Shown here: piece after piece, positions 60,560 to 64,000 of the stretch
Layout: each line of letters starts with the position of its first letter
How positions within the stretch are numbered: position 1 is the first letter of the stretch
Source of the DNA: an uncultured Verrucomicrobiota bacterium
GTDB taxonomy: Bacteria; Verrucomicrobiota; Verrucomicrobiia; Limisphaerales; J093
DNA length: 64,000 nt
Reading direction: 5' to 3'
NCBI GenBank assembly: GCA_964535555.1
Contig: CAZHUS010000006.1
Coordinates: forward strand, 9,458-73,457
Program-made: the position numbers and the translations under genes
The notes under the pieces: model-generated
What the model was told of the DNA's origin: nothing
Database searches by the model: none
Seen by the model: only the letters and a program-made list of their open reading frames with translations

Positions 60560-62317
60560 ATGATCACGAAACTCAGCATCAAGAACTTCAAGCGCCTGAA
60601 ATCGGCTGAGATTGACCTTGGCGGCCATGTCGTGTTCATCGGTCCCAACAACTCCGGCAAGTCCAGCGCCTTGCAGGCGCTCACCCTCTGGGATGCCGCC
60701 TGGCGGCGCTGGTCAGAAAGGCGTGAAAAGAAGGACGCGGAAGGCAAGCTCCGGCGACAGCCTGCGAAAGTCCGCACCGGCGTCGTACTCAACCGGCGCG
60801 AGCTTCACGCGATTCCGTTGCCTTCGGCGAAGCTCCTTTGGACCGATCTTCACACCCATCAGACGAAGGGCCGGGGCGGTGAGAAGGAAACTGAGTACGT
60901 CTACATGCAAATCACGGTCGAGGGGATCGATCGCGACCGGGTGTGGTCCTGCGGCATGGAGTTCTACTACGCGAACGAAGAGTCCTTTTATTGCCGCCTG
61001 GCCTCAGGCGGTGAGGGACAGCTCCCTGATGCCTTGCTCCGTCACCCCGTGGTGTTTTTACCCCCCATGTCCGGATTGGCGGACCGGGAGTTTCGCAAGG
61101 AGCGCGGAGAGATCAGCATGTTGATTGGCCAGGGGCAGACTGCCCAAGTGCTTCGCAACCTGTGCTGGCAGTTGTTCTCCCGCGAGGACAAAAGGCCTTG
61201 GGGCCAGCTGGTGGAACATATCCAAAGGCTCTTTTCCGTCACGCTCACGCCGCCGCAATACTACCCGGAAAACAGCAGCCTGACGCTCGCGTATCAGGAG
61301 GGGGACGGAATCGAACTGGATATTTCTTCCTCGGGTCGCGGTTGCCAGCAGGTCACGCTCTTGCTGGCCTTCCTGCTCGCCAATCCCGGAGCCATCCTGC
61401 TCCTGGACGAACCCGATGCCCATCTCGAGATCCTCCGCCAACGCGATGTTTACACTCTGCTCACCGAAGTCGCCGCGGCGCAGGGCTCCCAGATTATCGC
61501 CGCCAGCCACTCCGCCACGGTCATGCAGGAGGCGGGCGAAAAGGACGTGTTGGTGGCTTTCCTCGGAGCCCCGCATCGGGTGGACACGCGCTCCCGCCAG
61601 AACCAGATCAAGAAAGCACTCGAGTCCGTCCCCATGTCGGATTTCTATCAGGCGGAGCAAATGGGCTGGACCCTTTATCTCGAGGGATCCACCGATCTGG
61701 CCATCCTCAGAAAACTGGCGATCAGGACAAACCACGGCGCCCGACGCCATCTTGAAGGCCGCGTGCCCGCCGTCTATCTCGGCAGCAACAAACCGGGCGA
61801 CGCCCGCAATCATTTCGATGCGATGCGCGAGGCCAGTTCGTCAGTGCTCGGCTTTGCCCTCTATGACCGGCTGCCCAACCCGGACACCCAACTCGGGACA
61901 CTGCAGAACCTGGTCGAGCGGATGTGGAAACGCCGCGAGATCGAGAATTATCTCGTCACGCCAGCCAGTCTGCTTGCGTACGTCCAGGCCGATTTGCGGG
62001 TCGGGGACTTGTTCGACAGCGCCGAGGGCCGGCGACGCGCCGAGATCATGCGAGCCTGCATCAACGAGCTTGAGCAGTCGTTGAAGACCCAGCGTCGCCC
62101 CAGTCCGTGGAGCGATGAGGTGAAGGTCACTGACGAGTTTCTTGATCCGCTTTTTGCGAACTTCTACGACCGCCTCGGCATCCCGCAGCAGACGTTCAAG
62201 AAGGACTACCATGGGCTCGCCGATGCCATTCCCGCCGGGGAGATTCCGCCGGAAGTGACTGCGGTTCTCGACGACATCCTGGCGGTCGCCGACAAAGCCC
62301 GTGGGGTCAAACATTGA
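60560..62317 (+). CDS. ABC/SMC-like AAA ATPase fused to a Toprim/DUF4435-like C-terminal region (OLD/PARIS-like)
   Basis: MITKLSIKNFKRL...FIGPNNSGKSS (Walker A), SSSGRG (signature-like), ILLLDEPDAHLE (Walker B) and IIAASHS (H-loop). The C-terminal half has LYLEGSTDLAIL and KRREIENYL. The ATPase call is confident; the nuclease-domain call is tentative. Confidence 0.8.
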   Translation: MITKLSIKNFKRLKSAEIDLGGHVVFIGPNNSGKSSALQALTLWDAAWRRWSERREKKDAEGKLRRQPAKVRTGVVLNRRELHAIPLPSAKLLWTDLHTHQTKGRGGEKETEYVYMQITVEGIDRDRVWSCGMEFYYANEESFYCRLASGGEGQLPDALLRHPVVFLPPMSGLADREFRKERGEISMLIGQGQTAQVLRNLCWQLFSREDKRPWGQLVEHIQRLFSVTLTPPQYYPENSSLTLAYQEGDGIELDISSSGRGCQQVTLLLAFLLANPGAILLLDEPDAHLEILRQRDVYTLLTEVAAAQGSQIIAASHSATVMQEAGEKDVLVAFLGAPHRVDTRSRQNQIKKALESVPMSDFYQAEQMGWTLYLEGSTDLAILRKLAIRTNHGARRHLEGRVPAVYLGSNKPGDARNHFDAMREASSSVLGFALYDRLPNPDTQLGTLQNLVERMWKRREIENYLVTPASLLAYVQADLRVGDLFDSAEGRRRAEIMRACINELEQSLKTQRRPSPWSDEVKVTDEFLDPLFANFYDRLGIPQQTFKKDYHGLADAIPAGEIPPEVTAVLDDILAVADKARGVKH

Positions 62318-62485
62318 CATTCGACATTTTCTCCGGAGGGGATGCGGGCCTACTGCAGCCGGCTGCTCGTGGAGGTTCGGTTCGCCACGGCGAGCCAGGC
62401 GAGCCAAGTCCGGCTTTACCAACGGCGGCCGGGTAGCGTTGAATGGGTTCGTGCACCACCGCATCACCGGCTTGCCTTTCCTGCC

Positions 62486-64000
62486 ATGAGATCGCTCCCC
62501 CTTATCCTCGCCCTCGTTGCCGTGCCGGTCTGCAGCCTGCGGGCCGCCGACGACCTGTTGATCGCCCGTTTCGAGGAGTCCGACTACGGAGCCTGGACCT
62601 GCACCGGCGACGCATTCGGGGCCGGCCCGGCCCGGGGCACTCTTCCCGGCCAGATGACCGTCGACGGCTTCGAAGGCGCGGGGTTGGTCAACTCGTTCCA
62701 CGGGGGCGACGCGACCACCGGCAGGCTGGTCTCGCCGCCCTTCACCATCGAACGCCGTTACCTGAGCTTTTTGATTGGCGGCGGGAAGGACATCGAACGC
62801 CTCACCATGCGGTTGGTGATCGGCGGGCGAGCGGTTCGCGTCGCGACGGGGCCCAACGATCGCCCGGGCGGCAGCGAAACCCTGGCGCGCGAGTCCTGGG
62901 ACCTGGATGAGTTCCGCGGTCAGACCGCCATTCTCGAGATCGTGGACCAGGCGACGGGCGGATGGGGTCACCTCAACATCGACCACATTCTCCAGACCGA
63001 CCGCAAGCCGTCGGGGTTGCTGGCGAAGGCCCGTCGGGAGTTCAACGTCGATTCGCGTTACCTGAATCTGCCCATCCAGAACGGTGCGCCGAAGCGCCTT
63101 GTGACGGTGCTGGTGGACGGAGCGGTCGTCGTCCGGAATGAGATCGAACTGGCTCCTGCGACCCCGGATTGGTGGGCGTTCATGGACGTGAGCCCGTGGA
63201 AGGGGCGGACACTGACGCTGCAGGTGGACCGCGTTCCCGAGGGCTGGCAGGCGCTCGAGGCGATTGAAGCGGGAGACACCATCAAAGGCGGCGCCGGCAT
63301 GTACCGCGAGCCCCTGCGGGGTCAGTTTCATTTTTCAAGCCGGCGTGGGTGGAACAACGATCCCAACGGGCTGGTCTTCTATCGGGGCGAATATCACCTG
63401 TTCTACCAGCACAATCCCTACGGCTGGGGCTGGGGCAATATGCATTGGGGCCACGCCGTCAGCCGCGACCTGGTGCACTGGGAGGAAGAGGGCGACGTGC
63501 TGCTTCCCGACGATCTGGGGCCGATGTTCAGTGGGAGCGCCGTGGTGGACTGGGACAACACCAGCGGATTGGGGCGCAACGGTGAACCACCGTTGGTGCT
63601 GATCTACACGGCCGCCGGGGACCCGACCGTGCAGTGCATCGCCTCGAGCACCGACGGGCGCACCTTTTCGAAGTACCCGGGCAACCCGGTGTTGAAGCAG
63701 ATCACGTCCGGCAACCGCGACCCGAAAGTGCTATGGCACGAGCCGACCAAGCGCTGGGTGATGGTGCTCTACGTCGAGAAGCCTGCGGGGCAGCACACCA
63801 TTCACTTCTTCACCTCGCCGAACCTGCGCGACTGGACCCTGGCCAGCGTCGTCGAGGGCGACCCCGCGGGGAAGCCGTTTCTGTTCGAGTGTCCGGACTT
63901 CTTCGAGTTGCCGGTGGATGGTGAGGCCGGGAACCGGAAATGGGTGCTGACCGCGGCCAACAGCGAATACGCCGTCGGCACGTTTGACGGGACGCGGTTC
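62486..64000 (+). CDS. Secreted GH32 beta-fructosidase/levanase-family glycoside hydrolase, 3'-truncated at window edge
   Basis: Not in the ORF track because no stop falls in the window. ATG 62486 stays open for 505 codons to nt 64000. Signal peptide MRSLPLILALVAVPVCSL. GH32 catalytic motif WNNDPNGL with YHLFYQHNP, later RDPKV and FECPD. Confidence 0.85.
   Translation, partial: MRSLPLILALVAVPVCSLRAADDLLIARFEESDYGAWTCTGDAFGAGPARGTLPGQMTVDGFEGAGLVNSFHGGDATTGRLVSPPFTIERRYLSFLIGGGKDIERLTMRLVIGGRAVRVATGPNDRPGGSETLARESWDLDEFRGQTAILEIVDQATGGWGHLNIDHILQTDRKPSGLLAKARREFNVDSRYLNLPIQNGAPKRLVTVLVDGAVVVRNEIELAPATPDWWAFMDVSPWKGRTLTLQVDRVPEGWQALEAIEAGDTIKGGAGMYREPLRGQFHFSSRRGWNNDPNGLVFYRGEYHLFYQHNPYGWGWGNMHWGHAVSRDLVHWEEEGDVLLPDDLGPMFSGSAVVDWDNTSGLGRNGEPPLVLIYTAAGDPTVQCIASSTDGRTFSKYPGNPVLKQITSGNRDPKVLWHEPTKRWVMVLYVEKPAGQHTIHFFTSPNLRDWTLASVVEGDPAGKPFLFECPDFFELPVDGEAGNRKWVLTAANSEYAVGTFDGTRF

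Noticed and set aside
60560-62317. Assignment of the ATPase to a two-gene defence system (Gabija GajA/GajB, Septu PtuA/PtuB, or a retron-associated system).
   Set aside because: No helicase, HNH nuclease or reverse-transcriptase partner is adjacent on either side. Only a single-gene or fused model is compatible with the neighbourhood.
61841-63331. The 496-aa minus-strand ORF spanning the end of the ATPase gene and the start of the GH32 gene.
   Set aside because: It is an antisense shadow. The plus strand encodes an unmistakable GH32 (WNNDPNG, YHLFYQHNP, RDPKV, FECPD) with a signal peptide.
1-64000. A window-wide look for CRISPR arrays, tRNA or rRNA genes, integrases, transposases and phage structural genes.
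   Set aside because: No regularly spaced direct repeats were seen. No cloverleaf-compatible intergenic segment exists, because all gaps are short or explained. No recombinase or transposase motifs appear in any long ORF. The only repeats found are the intragenic duplication and the short hairpin family reported above.

Overview
This is a high-GC, almost fully coding chromosomal window. It looks PVC-like, probably Verrucomicrobiota. That is an inference from many prepilin-type FTLIELL proteins, giant secreted multidomain proteins, TAT-signal enzymes and a recurrent C-terminal FYR module. No rRNA, tRNA, CRISPR array, transposase or integrase was recognised. Nt 1-22900 is mostly housekeeping: skp-like, rpsU, cca, holA, yceD-rpmF-plsX-fabH, pilT, glgP and moeB-like genes, plus an 889-aa secreted protein with an internal tandem duplication. 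Nt 22997-31528 is a signalling island. It includes a minus-strand methyltransferase, hybrid kinase and REC-pseudokinase operon whose synteny parallels the Ralstonia phcB-phcS-phcR quorum-sensing cassette. Nt 31652-32262 holds a BrnT/BrnA-like toxin-antitoxin pair with TGTACA operator-like repeats. The most unusual locus is nt 32296-49408. It is a same-strand gspG-G-H-I-J-K-ordered pseudopilin operon in which every subunit is far larger than textbook pseudopilins (250 to 1356 aa). It is tightly coupled by ATGA overlaps and ends in a 2805-aa subtilase, P-domain, LamG and PPC protein. GC-rich hairpin repeats lie inside the long 5' leader regions of these genes. Nt 51351-60511 appears to be a sigma-54 regulon. 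A PAS-AAA+ activator sits between two TGGCAC-N5-xTGC promoters. One drives an MBL hydrolase gene. The other drives a 10-gene translationally coupled operon of probable metal-trafficking genes (NifX-like x2, FtsX/ABC, NosL-like, Cys-rich proteins, ZIP). Nt 60560-62317 encodes a lone ABC-type ATPase with a Toprim/DUF4435-like tail, a candidate fused PARIS-like defence gene. A GH32 gene, absent from the ORF track, runs off the right edge. All calls rest on motif reading by eye; no database search was run.
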